A DNA stretch of 32,000 nucleotides from Synechococcus sp. A15-28 (GCF_014280175.1 NZ_CP047931.1:1410001-1442000); one strand, 5' to 3'. Shown: positions 1 to 9,601, counted from the stretch's first letter. A program made the numbers and translations. The notes: generated by a model not told the origin, from the sequence alone.

Positions 1-858
1 GAGGCTGTGAGCACCGGGGTGATTGGCGCCATGAAGCGTCAGAACGATTGGTTCTGCAGCACCTACCGCGACCACGTCCATGCCCTGAGCGCCGGTGTTC
101 CGGCTCGGGAAGTGATGAGTGAGCTGTTCGGCAAGGAAACAGGCTGCAGCAAGGGACGAGGTGGATCCATGCACCTTTTCTCCAAGGAACACCACCTGCT
201 GGGGGGCTTTGCCTTCATCGCCGAGGGCATCCCCGTCGCCCTGGGGTCAGCCTTCACCAGCCGCTACAAACGTGATGCTCTCGGCGATGCCTCAAGCAAC
301 GCTGTGACGGCAGCCTTCTTTGGTGATGGCACCTGCAACAACGGCCAGTTCTTCGAATGCATGAACATGGCGCAGCTCTGGAAGCTGCCGATCCTGTTCG
401 TCGTGGAGAACAACAAGTGGGCGATCGGCATGGCCCACGACCGCGCCACCAGTGATCCGGAAATCTGGCGCAAAGCAGCGTCCTTCGGCATGGCTGGCGA
501 AGAAGTCGACGGCATGGACGTGCTTGCCGTTCGTGCTGCGACCCAGCGAGCCCTGGAGCGGGCTCGGGCCGGGGAAGGTCCCACCCTTCTGGAGTGCCTC
601 ACCTACCGCTTCCGCGGTCACTCCCTCGCTGACCCGGACGAACTCCGCGCCGAACAGGAGAAGCAGTTCTGGGCCCAGAGAGATCCACTCAAGGCTTTGG
701 AACGGGACCTCTGCAACGCCAATTTGGTGAGCAGCGATGAGTTGCGAAGCATCGAGAAAGAGATCGATGCCATCGTTCAGGACTGTGTGGAGTTCGCCCT
801 TTCCGCCCCGGAGCCCGATCCAGCGGAGTTGACCCGCTACATCTGGGCCGAGGACTGA
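1..858 (+). CDS. pdhA: pyruvate dehydrogenase E1 component alpha subunit (5' truncated by window edge)
   Basis: Open frame continues to base 1; E1-alpha/TPP-binding signature GGSMHLF..., [47 protein letters not shown]. Confidence 0.95.
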   Translation, partial: EAVSTGVIGAMKRQNDWFCSTYRDHVHALSAGVPAREVMSELFGKETGCSKGRGGSMHLFSKEHHLLGGFAFIAEGIPVALGSAFTSRYKRDALGDASSNAVTAAFFGDGTCNNGQFFECMNMAQLWKLPILFVVENNKWAIGMAHDRATSDPEIWRKAASFGMAGEEVDGMDVLAVRAATQRALERARAGEGPTLLECLTYRFRGHSLADPDELRAEQEKQFWAQRDPLKALERDLCNANLVSSDELRSIEKEIDAIVQDCVEFALSAPEPDPAELTRYIWAED

Positions 859-879
859 TAAGGCAGCCGTCCCGGCAGC

Positions 880-1821
880 TCAGATCCCGCTTGGCAGCCG
901 CCGGGTCAGATTGCGCAACTTGCGCAAGGCCTTGAGCTCCACCTGACGCACACGCTCTCTGGAGACATCCATCAAGCGTCCGATCTCAGCCAGGGTGTGA
1001 CGCTCGTTGCCCTCAAGACCGAAGCGAAGCTTCAACACGTGCTGTTCCTGCTCGCTGAGGTGACTGAGCCAGCGTCCGAGCTGCTCGTGGTGAATGCGTT
1101 GCTCAACGATGTCAAGCGGCTCATCCAGGGAGGAGTCGGCAATGAGATCACCGAGGAAGCTGCGACCCTCCTCCCCGTTCACAGGAGCATCGAGACTGCT
1201 GGTGGTGAGGGCCTGTCTCAGGAGTGAATCAAGCTCATCCAAAGGGATGTCCATCGCCTCAGCGATTTCCACACGGCTGGGCATGGCACCGAGCTTGTGG
1301 GCGAGATCAAGACTCACCTTGCGGATTGTGGTGAGTCGCTCGCTGAGATGCACCGGAAGCCTGATGGTGCGGGACTGACAGGCGATGGCACGGGTCATGC
1401 TCTGACGGATCCACCAGAAGGCATAGGTCGAGAATTTGTAACCGCGGGTGGGATCAAATTTCTCGACGGCACGCTCAAGCCCCAGGGAACCTTCCTGGAT
1501 GAGATCGAGAAGTTCCAGGCCCTTTCCCTGATATTTCTTGGCAACGCTCACAACCAGGCGGAGGTTGGCTTTCATCATCCGTTCCTTGGCCCGTCGACCG
1601 ATGCGAAGCATCCGGCGCTGCTTACCGGTCAGCTCGTGGTCTTCAAACGTTTTGGAACCGTCTTCCGTCAGAGCCATCATCGACTGGACCTGATTGCCCA
1701 GTTCGATTTCTTCGGCAGGGGTGAGCAGCGGGATGCGGCCGATGGTGGCCAGATACCAGCTGACAGGGTCACTGCTGCGGCGGCGCTGGGAATCGATGGT
1801 TTTCTGAGCTGATGAAACCAT
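880..1821 (-). CDS. group 2 sigma-70 family RNA polymerase sigma factor, RpoD-like
   Basis: 313 aa with regions 1.2-4.2: DPVSWYLATIGRIPLLTPAEEIELG, FDPTRGYKFSTYAFWWIRQSMTRAI, TLAEIGRLMDVSRERVRQVELKALRKLR. Confidence 0.95.
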   Translation of the reverse strand: MVSSAQKTIDSQRRRSSDPVSWYLATIGRIPLLTPAEEIELGNQVQSMMALTEDGSKTFEDHELTGKQRRMLRIGRRAKERMMKANLRLVVSVAKKYQGKGLELLDLIQEGSLGLERAVEKFDPTRGYKFSTYAFWWIRQSMTRAIACQSRTIRLPVHLSERLTTIRKVSLDLAHKLGAMPSRVEIAEAMDIPLDELDSLLRQALTTSSLDAPVNGEEGRSFLGDLIADSSLDEPLDIVEQRIHHEQLGRWLSHLSEQEQHVLKLRFGLEGNERHTLAEIGRLMDVSRERVRQVELKALRKLRNLTRRLPSGI

Positions 1822-2134
1822 TGCGTGTCCTCCGCCGTGGTGAGAGAACCTTCTTACGAAGATCAGAAAAACAGAAGTGTTTTCAGCAACCTTTCAGATT
1901 TGTGCGAGCGAATCGAAACACTTCATGTTTCCCTCGCAATTGAGAACAATGTCCTCATCGGACCATTAAATTTTTCGTATTGAAAGCCTCATCAATCAAG
2001 ATGAATTCACAGGGATTGTCCTGAATAGCTGACGACAATCGCAGCGGTGGTGTACTCCGCAAGCTGAACAGCTTGTCTGAACAGAATCACCCCATACCAC
2101 GACCCCACACACTGGAGACAGGTCCACACCCCCG

Positions 2135-3331
2135 ATGAGCAGCGTCACCAGCTCAACTGATCGCCTCCCATCCGCAGCTGGAGAAGCAGCACTGGAGCGG
2201 CTACGGGCCTGGCCGGGTGAGCACCGTGTCGCCGTTGGGCTGTCCGGAGGAGTGGACAGTTCCCTGACCGCAGCGTTGTTGGTGGAGGCTGGTTGGCAAG
2301 TGGAGGGCCTCACCCTCTGGTTGATGAGTGGTAAGGGTGCCTGCTGCGCCGAAGGCCTCGTGGATGCAGCCGGAATCTGTGAGCAGCTCGGCATCCCCCA
2401 TCACGTGGTGGATACACGGGACACCTTCCAACAGGAAATCGTGCAGCGGCTGGTGGATGGCTACCGCGACGGCATCACCCCTTTGCCCTGCTCCCAGTGC
2501 AACCGCTCAGTGAAGTTCGGCCCGATGCTCGAGTGGGCCGCCGAACACCGGGGGCTGCCCAGGATTGCCACAGGCCACTACGCCAGGATCCGTCACGGCG
2601 GTGCACAGGGCCGGCATCAGCTGCTGCGGGGGCTCGACTGCCGTAAAGACCAGAGCTACTTCCTCTACGACCTTCCCCAGGATGTGCTGGGACGCATCGT
2701 GTTCCCCCTCGGCGAGCTCACCAAAGCCGACACCCGACTGGAAGCGGCGCGACACGGCCTGCGCACGGCGGAAAAACCGGAAAGCCAGGATCTATGCCTG
2801 GCGGATCACCATGGCTCCATGCGGGCCTTCCTGGACACCTATCTCCCCCCGCGACAAGGCGAGATCGTGCTGAGTGACGGCACGGTGGTTGGTGAGCATG
2901 ACGGCATCGAGCACTTCACCATCGGCCAACGCAAGGGTCTGGGTGTGGCCTGGAAGGAGCCGCTTCACGTGATCCGGCTGGACCCCGCCATGAACCGCGT
3001 GGTGGTGGCGCCCCGGGCGGAGGCCGGGCGGCGCAGCTGTGTTGTGGGCGCCATCAACTGGATCTCCATGGCACCACCCCAGCAGCCATTGGAGGTGGAG
3101 GTTCAGGTGCGTTACCGCAGTGAACCCGTGGCGGCACAACTCACACCAATCGCCCATGAACCGGAGGATGAAGCGCGGAAGCGGCCCTATCGCTGCCGGC
3201 TGCAATTCACCGACGATCAGTTCTCCATCACCCCTGGACAGGCGGCCGTCTTCTACGACGGGGAAACAGTGCTGGGGGGAGGGTTGATTCAGCGGGACGA
3301 CCACGACCAGCCGCTGACCAGCCGGGCGTAG
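2135..3331 (+). CDS. mnmA: tRNA-specific 2-thiouridylase MnmA (TrmU)
   Basis: [18 protein letters not shown]-loop, [47 protein letters not shown]. Confidence 0.95.
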   Translation: MSSVTSSTDRLPSAAGEAALERLRAWPGEHRVAVGLSGGVDSSLTAALLVEAGWQVEGLTLWLMSGKGACCAEGLVDAAGICEQLGIPHHVVDTRDTFQQEIVQRLVDGYRDGITPLPCSQCNRSVKFGPMLEWAAEHRGLPRIATGHYARIRHGGAQGRHQLLRGLDCRKDQSYFLYDLPQDVLGRIVFPLGELTKADTRLEAARHGLRTAEKPESQDLCLADHHGSMRAFLDTYLPPRQGEIVLSDGTVVGEHDGIEHFTIGQRKGLGVAWKEPLHVIRLDPAMNRVVVAPRAEAGRRSCVVGAINWISMAPPQQPLEVEVQVRYRSEPVAAQLTPIAHEPEDEARKRPYRCRLQFTDDQFSITPGQAAVFYDGETVLGGGLIQRDDHDQPLTSRA

Positions 3332-4725
3332 CCCGTGAGCTGGCTCCGCAGCTGGAGATCCGTCACCGCGACAGCTTCGCTGCCCGCCTCCAGGAGTTGC
3401 TGCACCGAGCCATCCGCCGACACCAGCGCCGTCGGCCCCGTGTTCGCCACACTCAAAACGTCGCGTCCGGTTTCAATCGCCCGCAGCTGAGCCAGGGCCA
3501 GAAATTGCCGCTGCAACAGCTGGGGGTAGGGATCGAGATTAGCGATCGTCAACAACCATTCAGCCCCTTGCGCAGACGCTTGAGCCAAAGCCCATCCGTG
3601 GCTGATCTCGTAACAGATGGCGATGGCGGAGGGGGATGGCCAGGCCTCGGCATAACGAGACGCATTTCCCGGCTGAAGCCCCCCCACCGCCGACAGCCCC
3701 CGGGTCAAGCCAGCCGGCAACGGTGGCAACCACTCACCCAGTGGAACCAGACGGTGCTTGTCAACGAGGGGCTCCAGCCCGGCTAGGCCCGGCAACCCCA
3801 ACAACACACTGCTGCGCAGCTGCCCGCGAACCCAGCGAAAACCTCCGCTGATCAACGGCAGGGGCAACCCATCCACATCATCCGGCTGCCAGCGGGACGG
3901 CAGGGTTCCCTCCGGGGCCACCAACGCCTGCACCTGCAGGGCCTGGGCCTGCTGCAAGGCCGATGACAACGCTGCGTTGAAGCGCCGCTGGCGGTCCGGG
4001 CTGAATTTCTCACGGGTGGGAACCGCCGGCTGCCAGGCGCCAAGTCGCAGGGAAGCGAAGGCGGGCGGCGGAACCAAACTCAACGCCCCCAAGCCATGCG
4101 CCAGCAGCAGAGAGAGCAACCAAGCGGTGCTGCGTTTCCCCCGACGGCGCCAGAGCTGCCAGAGCCCCCAGCCCCAGATCAGCTGAAGCGTGGCCAGTCC
4201 ACCACTGCCAAGCCAGCGGGCCAGGCCAGCCAGTGGCCGGTCCAGAGGCAACACACTTCCCCCGACACCGATCCAGAACAACGGAGACCCTTCCAGAAGC
4301 AGTTCGGCTCCCCCCCAGACCAAAGACAGCAGCAGCACGACGGAGAACCGCCAGCCCCCGTCCCTGAACCGGCACATCCGCGCCAACAGAGACCAGAGCA
4401 GCAGCAGCAGGGCTGCGGCAACGCCGCAGCACAACCAGAGCGCAACAGCCACCGGCAAGCTGAGCCAAGCCGGCACGCCCATCCAGGTGAGTGGATGCAA
4501 GCCAAGAATCCAGCGGTGGCTGATCAGGACGGCAAACATCCCCCAGAGCGCCGCGTTCCGCGGTCGGTCCGCCAGCGACCACAGCAGGGCCAAGGCCGGA
4601 AACATCGACAACGGTCCGGCGACCCCAGGGGCCAGTCCGGCCAGGACTCCACCCAGAACACTTCGCAGCAGAGGCTGTGATCGGAGATCGCCCATGGTCA
4701 ATGGGATTAACTTGTCACGCATCAC
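3289..4725 (-). CDS. lnt: apolipoprotein N-acyltransferase
   Basis: Multi-TM N-terminus followed by nitrilase-like domain ([61 protein letters not shown]). True start may be internal. Overlaps the 3' end of mnmA convergently. Confidence 0.85.
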   Translation of the reverse strand: MMRDKLIPLTMGDLRSQPLLRSVLGGVLAGLAPGVAGPLSMFPALALLWSLADRPRNAALWGMFAVLISHRWILGLHPLTWMGVPAWLSLPVAVALWLCCGVAAALLLLLWSLLARMCRFRDGGWRFSVVLLLSLVWGGAELLLEGSPLFWIGVGGSVLPLDRPLAGLARWLGSGGLATLQLIWGWGLWQLWRRRGKRSTAWLLSLLLAHGLGALSLVPPPAFASLRLGAWQPAVPTREKFSPDRQRRFNAALSSALQQAQALQVQALVAPEGTLPSRWQPDDVDGLPLPLISGGFRWVRGQLRSSVLLGLPGLAGLEPLVDKHRLVPLGEWLPPLPAGLTRGLSAVGGLQPGNASRYAEAWPSPSAIAICYEISHGWALAQASAQGAEWLLTIANLDPYPQLLQRQFLALAQLRAIETGRDVLSVANTGPTALVSADGSVQQLLEAGSEAVAVTDLQLRSQLTGYARLVSGWSWSSR

Positions 4726-4801
4726 TTAATCCGCCAGATCGCAGTGCTTGCAACTGTTCTGAAGCACGAGCACAGTCCGGTTGTCCAACGGACTTCAGCC
4801 C

Positions 4802-4996
4802 ATGGAACTGCAACTGGAACAACCACTGACATCGGTTCTCAGCGTCAAAGTCGCTTCTGACGTGGAGCCACGCCTTGATCACCACTGTGCCCGGCTTCAA
4901 CCCAGCGGCACCCTGACCCGCGCTGCCCTTGTGCGTGCCCTGCTTCGTAAGGGCCTGGCCGAGCTGGACGAGATGGAGTCAACCAGTGACCGCTGA
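4802..4996 (+). CDS. small hypothetical protein, possibly ribbon-helix-helix-like
   Basis: ORF 4781..4996 with likely start at ATG 4802; C-terminal TLTRAALVRALLRKGLAELDEME resembles a CopG/RHH helix pair. Confidence 0.45.
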   Translation: MELQLEQPLTSVLSVKVASDVEPRLDHHCARLQPSGTLTRAALVRALLRKGLAELDEMESTSDR

Positions 4997-5204
4997 TCTC
5001 TACACCCGCCCGCTAAGAGCTTCGGTGCGTGAACTTCTGCGGGAAGACAACATTGACATCGCGGAAGCGCTTTATTCCGACAGCGATTACCCAACAGCAC
5101 TCAGCAATCTTGCAGAAGTTCGTGTTGCAGCTCAGAAGGTTGTCTTTGAAGCTGATGCGCTCATGTGCGCAGTGCTTGTTAAGGCGATAAGGGAAGACGA
5201 TTGA
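4986..5204 (+). CDS. small hypothetical protein, start overlapping the preceding ORF
   Basis: Within ORF 4929..5204; likely GTG start at 4986 (VTADLYTRPLRASVRELLRED...), overlapping the end of ORF 4802..4996 by 11 nt. Confidence 0.5.
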   Translation: MTADLYTRPLRASVRELLREDNIDIAEALYSDSDYPTALSNLAEVRVAAQKVVFEADALMCAVLVKAIREDD

Positions 5205-5293
5205 ATCATCATACGGGCGGGTAATTCTCGCCCATTGTTGACACTTTTAGTTCATCTCTCAAAATGGACTCATAAGACAAATTTTTGGTTCTT

Positions 5294-5464
5294 ATGAAGT
5301 TCAAGCCGCGTTACAAGTATCCGCACATTGCTGCGACATACCTAAGCGATGAACTGCTCAGCCAAGTCACCAAATTCTCTGCTGTTCACGACTGCAGCAA
5401 ATCAGAAGCGATTCGCCTCCTGATGCAGAACGGCCTTGCCGCAATGCTTTTAGACGACGGCTGA
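5294..5464 (+). CDS. small ribbon-helix-helix-like protein, candidate element regulator
   Basis: Hand-translated, below the ORF-track length cutoff: MKFKPRYKYPHIAATYLSDELLSQVTKFSAVHDCSKSEAIRLLMQNGLAAMLLDDG* (56 aa); 'SKSEAIRLLMQNGL' resembles an RHH helix. Confidence 0.5.
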   Translation: MKFKPRYKYPHIAATYLSDELLSQVTKFSAVHDCSKSEAIRLLMQNGLAAMLLDDG

Positions 5465-5527
5465 GAAAAATGAAGGGCCGCCCTGACAAGCCAACCCTTC
5501 ACCAATCCGACCAATGGAATTTTAACC

Positions 5528-5680
5528 ATGAGACGATCTGATGCTGGATTTTCCGTCCTAATTGCTTCCATTTACAGCGAGATTGAGGACTGGATTGATA
5601 AGCACCCTGACTGCTCACCGCACGCCTCACTTGCGGTTGATCGTCTGTTGCTGCTTCTAACGACAATGGGACAGATGTGA
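5528..5680 (+). CDS. small hypothetical protein translationally adjacent to the primase-helicase
   Basis: Hand-translated: MRRSDAGFSVLIASIYSEIEDWIDKHPDCSPHASLAVDRLLLLLTTMGQM* (50 aa); its TGA overlaps the ATG at 5680 (TGATG). Confidence 0.4.
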   Translation: MRRSDAGFSVLIASIYSEIEDWIDKHPDCSPHASLAVDRLLLLLTTMGQM

Positions 5681-7668
5681 TGACAACTGATGGTTGGGAT
5701 GCGGAGGAGATTGATCCGACGCATAGGGACGAGTGGGTCAATGGTTCTGGCATCAGTCCTGAAATCACTGAATTAAATCTGCAGTCACTCAGTGGTCCGC
5801 AGGCTCTTGAAGCCATTACGTCAAAACGTCTGGAATCAGCAGGTGGTCATGGGCAGCAGTACGCCACAGGCGAAGTTGCCAAGGTTCTCAATCGTTATGA
5901 GCACCTAGACGCTGGTGGCTGGTGGTGCAGTGCCACAGGTGACTCAGGCTGCCTGAAACCAAACACACCACGCAAGAACGACAAAGGCGACCTGATCAAA
6001 TACGAGAACCCGTTAGGTGTTCCCTGCGGTGTCTTCCAGCTCCAGATGCCGGATGAGACCTACTGGCCTGAGCGTGAGCGGAACTGCAGCGAAACCATTG
6101 TCATCACAGAAGGCGCAAAGAAAGCAGCGGCGCTCCTGTCATGTGGCATCCCTGCCATTGCTGTTGCGGGCATCTGGAATGGCACACCAAAGGACGACCG
6201 TGACCAACACTGCCTGCACCCAGATCTGATGCGTTGGGCAGGGCATCGCATCGTCATCTGCTTTGACTACAGCGACAAAGCACGCGGCAGAAGAAACGTC
6301 AGCAAGGCAGCCCTGCGTCTTGCGCATCAGCTTTATGCCAACGGATCGCCGTGGGTTGGCACCGCACACTGCAAGGGTCCCGAGAAGGGCATTGATGATC
6401 TGCTGGTTGCTCACGGCCATGCCGCCGTTCATCAACTGATCGCCTCTGCGCAAAAGGTTGACGTTCAACGCGAGCTTGAGGACCGGAAAGAGCCAGAGCG
6501 GATCAGGCAAGCCGCCAACAAATTTCTGGACTGCGACGACGAGGCAGAGCGTGCCGCCTTCAGATCTAGGTTCTGCAGCAATAAACGCATCAACATCAAG
6601 GACTTCAGTTCGGTCGTTAATGAGCAGCTCGCTTTGCGGCATCCATTGCAAAAGCTGGAGTCACGGCCGCTGACACCCGATGAGCTTGATGCTGAGCCGG
6701 TTAACGACGCCAGAACGTTCTTTGATCAGCTTTTGACTGAACGCTGGTCAACCCTGATTGGCGGCAACAGAGGCAGCACCAAGACCATCCTCACGTTGCA
6801 ACTGATGGTGGCGTTGATGAAGCAGCGCAGCCCTGACGTGATCGGCTTGCGTCCTGAAGCAACGGGACTGCGTGTCCTTTACGTGTGCTCTGACGCGATG
6901 GCTGAACGCATCAGGGACTACCTGACTCAGATGGGCTGCTGGAGAGATCCAGAAGTTCGCAAGGGCATTCGGATCTGGGGCAACTCGCACACACAACGCA
7001 AGTGGACCATCAGTGACCTTGATGGATTGGAGAAGCAGATGGAGGAATTCAAACCAAACGTTGTCGTCATTGACTCGCTGAAGGGCGCCCTTGGGCCATT
7101 GCTTGAGGACATCTCAAGACCGATCATTCGGCATCACATGGATGCGGTGCATGACATCGTTCTGCGCAGTGCTGCATTGCTGTGGATCCACCACGCCAAC
7201 AAGATTGGAAAGATCGCAGACAACGAGGCACTACAGGAAGCACCTGACATGGTCTACCTGCTGGAGAAAGAGCAGAACGAACTGGTGAGCCTGAAGCCGA
7301 TCAAGTGCCGTGGCGGTGAAGGCATCCGTCGTCAGTACCAACTGCAGGGCGATTTCCTCTGGCCTGAGTTGACGGAGCAGAAGAAGACGTCAGACATCAG
7401 TAAGGTCAACAGCGACGTCATGGAGTACGTCAGGAAGCAAAACCAGCACGACATCAAGCCCAGCATCAGGACCGTGACAGAAGGGCTGCCTCAGCACTCC
7501 GCTGAAGCGATCAAGTCCAGCATCAAGCGGCTTAGAGGCAAGGAGTGGCTGCTGGGTAAGCCAGATCCAAAGGACCTGAGATCGTGCCTGCTGGAAGTGG
7601 CGCCAAAGTTTTTTGACACCCCCTCCCCCCCTGTAAAAGGGGCATGGCCCATAAAAAACGGCCCATAA
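5680..7668 (+). CDS. DUF3854/TOPRIM-like primase fused to RepA-like (AAA_25/RecA-fold) helicase ATPase
   Basis: TIVITEGAKKAAALLSCGIPAIAVAGIWNG and HRIVICFDYSDKA (TOPRIM-like DUF3854); LIGGNRGSTKTILTLQLMVAL (P-loop-like) and NVVVIDSLKGAL (Walker B); winged-helix-like C-terminus. ORF track gives GTG at 5677; ATG 5680 preferred. Confidence 0.8.
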   Translation: MTTDGWDAEEIDPTHRDEWVNGSGISPEITELNLQSLSGPQALEAITSKRLESAGGHGQQYATGEVAKVLNRYEHLDAGGWWCSATGDSGCLKPNTPRKNDKGDLIKYENPLGVPCGVFQLQMPDETYWPERERNCSETIVITEGAKKAAALLSCGIPAIAVAGIWNGTPKDDRDQHCLHPDLMRWAGHRIVICFDYSDKARGRRNVSKAALRLAHQLYANGSPWVGTAHCKGPEKGIDDLLVAHGHAAVHQLIASAQKVDVQRELEDRKEPERIRQAANKFLDCDDEAERAAFRSRFCSNKRINIKDFSSVVNEQLALRHPLQKLESRPLTPDELDAEPVNDARTFFDQLLTERWSTLIGGNRGSTKTILTLQLMVALMKQRSPDVIGLRPEATGLRVLYVCSDAMAERIRDYLTQMGCWRDPEVRKGIRIWGNSHTQRKWTISDLDGLEKQMEEFKPNVVVIDSLKGALGPLLEDISRPIIRHHMDAVHDIVLRSAALLWIHHANKIGKIADNEALQEAPDMVYLLEKEQNELVSLKPIKCRGGEGIRRQYQLQGDFLWPELTEQKKTSDISKVNSDVMEYVRKQNQHDIKPSIRTVTEGLPQHSAEAIKSSIKRLRGKEWLLGKPDPKDLRSCLLEVAPKFFDTPSPPVKGAWPIKNGP

Positions 7669-7755
7669 ATTTTGGATGTGGGCCATTCGGGTTATGAGAT
7701 ATGGGCCGCGCATAATCCCAGTCACTGACTGGTGTTTCCCTTGATATGGGCTGTG
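7644..7755. promoter_or_regulatory. candidate origin/operator cluster: GGCCCAT repeats, GATATGGGC direct repeats and a perfect dyad
   Basis: GGCCCAT at 7646-7652 and 7660-7666 (14-bp spacing); inverse-type GTGGGCCAT 7678-7686 and ATGGGCC 7701-7707; direct repeat GATATGGGC 7698-7706 and 7743-7751; perfect inverted repeat CCAGTCA-C-TGACTGG 7718-7732. Confidence 0.4.
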
Positions 7756-7808
7756 TGTAGTGGTGTGTGTGTTGGGAGGAGAGAGAGTTCCTCCACTTCT
7801 ACTGTCAT

Positions 7809-8060
7809 CTAATCAGAAGCAAGCACCAGCTCCTTCGGGATGCGCTTCAGGCCACCGGCAACGTATGCCTCCCAGCAATCGCCTACGTCGCCGACGATCA
7901 GGATTGGGATGACTGTCCCTTTGTGTTGATAACGGGCATGGACCGGATCTATCACGTCTGCCTCACAAATACGGGTCCTTTCTGTGTAGCGCAGCGTAGG
8001 TAATTTCGGACCGCCTTCATTATTTAGCGTCAGATAAGTTGGACCTAAACTGCCTAGCAC
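7809..8060 (-). CDS. hypothetical protein
   Basis: 83-aa ORF with protein-like sequence (VHARYQHKGTVIPILIVGDVGDCWEAYVAGGLKRIPKELVLASD); preferred over the overlapping plus-strand ORF 7767..8003. Confidence 0.35.
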   Translation of the reverse strand: MLGSLGPTYLTLNNEGGPKLPTLRYTERTRICEADVIDPVHARYQHKGTVIPILIVGDVGDCWEAYVAGGLKRIPKELVLASD

Positions 8061-8075
8061 TATCTATTAGCCAAG

Positions 8076-8252
8076 CTAATCAAATTTGTGGTCAACAGCA
8101 GATGATAGCACGGTGGAATGGTCTGCGCATCGTTTCTCCCGTACGGCCTGCCAGTACCGCCTCGCCTGCGCACTACTCAGGGCATCATCAGCAGGGTTAG
8201 GCCGCATTGGAACGTCATCATCAGGCTGATGAGAGGCGAATTGCTGAGGCAT
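8076..8252 (-). CDS. small hypothetical protein
   Basis: Hand-translated 58-aa ORF MPQQFASHQPDDDVPMRPNPADDALSSAQARRYWQAVREKRCADHSTVLSSAVDHKFD*, lying in a same-strand gene run. Confidence 0.3.
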   Translation of the reverse strand: MPQQFASHQPDDDVPMRPNPADDALSSAQARRYWQAVREKRCADHSTVLSSAVDHKFD

Positions 8253-8278
8253 CAGTAGACAAAACTCATGCCCTTAAT

Positions 8279-8479
8279 TTATCGCTGTGTGTATAGCAGC
8301 AAGGCCATCTCACAGGCGGGCAAGTTAAAGCGCAGATGCCCGCGAGACGTTGCACCAGAACGGTAGTAGTGCACTCCGCCTTTGAAATAGCCTTCCTTCA
8401 TCAGCCGCCATTGTGTCGTTCGTCCTAACCGCAGTTGCCGTCTCATTTCTGACGCTTTTACCCAATCTGATTGGAACAC
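8279..8479 (-). CDS. small HTH/excisionase (AlpA/MerR-like) DNA-binding protein
   Basis: 66 aa: MFQSDWVKASEMRRQLRLGRTTQWRLMKEGYFKGGVHYYRSG..., a winged-HTH-like pattern as in excisionase/AlpA proteins; divergent from the capsid gene. Confidence 0.55.
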   Translation of the reverse strand: MFQSDWVKASEMRRQLRLGRTTQWRLMKEGYFKGGVHYYRSGATSRGHLRFNLPACEMALLLYTQR

Positions 8480-8542
8480 CTTGGAACAAGTTGGTTGATT
8501 TCATTCTATCGGCCGTAATGATATAAACACGCGAGGTAATCA

Positions 8543-9553
8543 ATGAATCACACCATCACCAAGAAGCGACCATATAGCTTCAACGCACTGCTCAGTTCGC
8601 TCAGTTCACAAGTCCCTGATAAACAGGCCACATGGGAGCAGAACTTGTCACTGCAGGCTGAGAAGTTCTACGGCCAGCACAGCATCCAGAAGAAGCAGGA
8701 GAACGCGGCGTTCATCCCTACCCGCCAGATGGTGCGTGATCTGCTGACGGGTACTGCCAGCAGTGGTGGTGACTTGGTGGCCACATCGGTGCAGAAAGTC
8801 GCAGACAGTGTCAGACCTGTGACGGTGCTTGAGCGTGCCGGTGTTGAGCGGATTGAAACCGGCGGAGAGAACCTGACCATCCCGCGCTTTGCCAAGGCCG
8901 ATGCCGGATGGATTGCGGAAGGTGCGGACTACACCGCACTCACCACTACGAGCACCAGCGTGGATACCAGTCCCAAGCTCGCCAGTGCCCGCCTGTCTTT
9001 CAGTCGCCGCCTGAAGGTGTTGGTGCCTGACGTTGAAGGGTCAGTGCTGCAGGAAGTTGGCCGTGCAGTCGCCGGATTGATTGAGAAGGGCGCGATTCAA
9101 GGCACCGGCAGCAATTCACAACCGCTTGGCCTGCTCAACCTGCCTGACGCCTTGTCGCAGACCTTCAGCTCCGCAACTCCCACCAGCGATGAGCTGGCAG
9201 AAATGCTGGAGAGGCTCGGTGATGCCGATGTGGATCTGCGCAAGGTGGTGTTCCTGATGCACCCGAGCACTGCCGCTGATCTGATGAAGACCCGCGTGGA
9301 TGCCAGCAGTGGCGCGTTGGTGCTCAGTGACCTGAAGATTCACGGGCTGCCGGTATTCATCACAAGCAATGTCACCGAGGACAAGGTGATCGCACTGGAT
9401 CCGAGTTACAGCCGCCTCGTCTACTTCGGCAGTGCGCAAGTCGTCGTGGATCCCTTCCGAGGAGCCGTCACTGGTGTCACGCACACACAAATCCTGAACG
9501 CAGCGGACTTCGTTTGCACGCATCAATCCAGTGTCTGCATCGGCTCCGCTTAA
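8543..9553 (+). CDS. phage major capsid protein, HK97 fold family
   Basis: 336 aa: ASSGGDLVATSVQKVADSVRPVTVLERAGVERIETGGENLTIPRFAKADAGWIAEGADYT..., ISFSR-like segment ARLSFSRRLKVLVPDVE, AIQGTGSNSQPLGLLNLPD, VVFLMHPSTAADLMKTRVDASSGALVLSDLKIHGLPVFITSNV. SD-like GAGGT precedes the ATG. Confidence 0.88.
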   Translation: MNHTITKKRPYSFNALLSSLSSQVPDKQATWEQNLSLQAEKFYGQHSIQKKQENAAFIPTRQMVRDLLTGTASSGGDLVATSVQKVADSVRPVTVLERAGVERIETGGENLTIPRFAKADAGWIAEGADYTALTTTSTSVDTSPKLASARLSFSRRLKVLVPDVEGSVLQEVGRAVAGLIEKGAIQGTGSNSQPLGLLNLPDALSQTFSSATPTSDELAEMLERLGDADVDLRKVVFLMHPSTAADLMKTRVDASSGALVLSDLKIHGLPVFITSNVTEDKVIALDPSYSRLVYFGSAQVVVDPFRGAVTGVTHTQILNAADFVCTHQSSVCIGSA

Positions 9554-9601
9554 TCGCGGAGGGTCGGACCGGTGCAGGTAGAGCGGTTTCTTCCATGGCT
9601 G

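Noticed and set aside
1996-2394. 132-aa minus-strand ORF upstream of and overlapping mnmA
   Set aside because: It lies largely antisense to the mnmA start with low-complexity composition; a high-GC spurious ORF.
7767-8003. 78-aa plus-strand ORF MCWEEREFLHFY...
   Set aside because: The opposite-strand frame 7809..8060 has more protein-like composition and fits the direction of the neighbouring minus-strand small genes.
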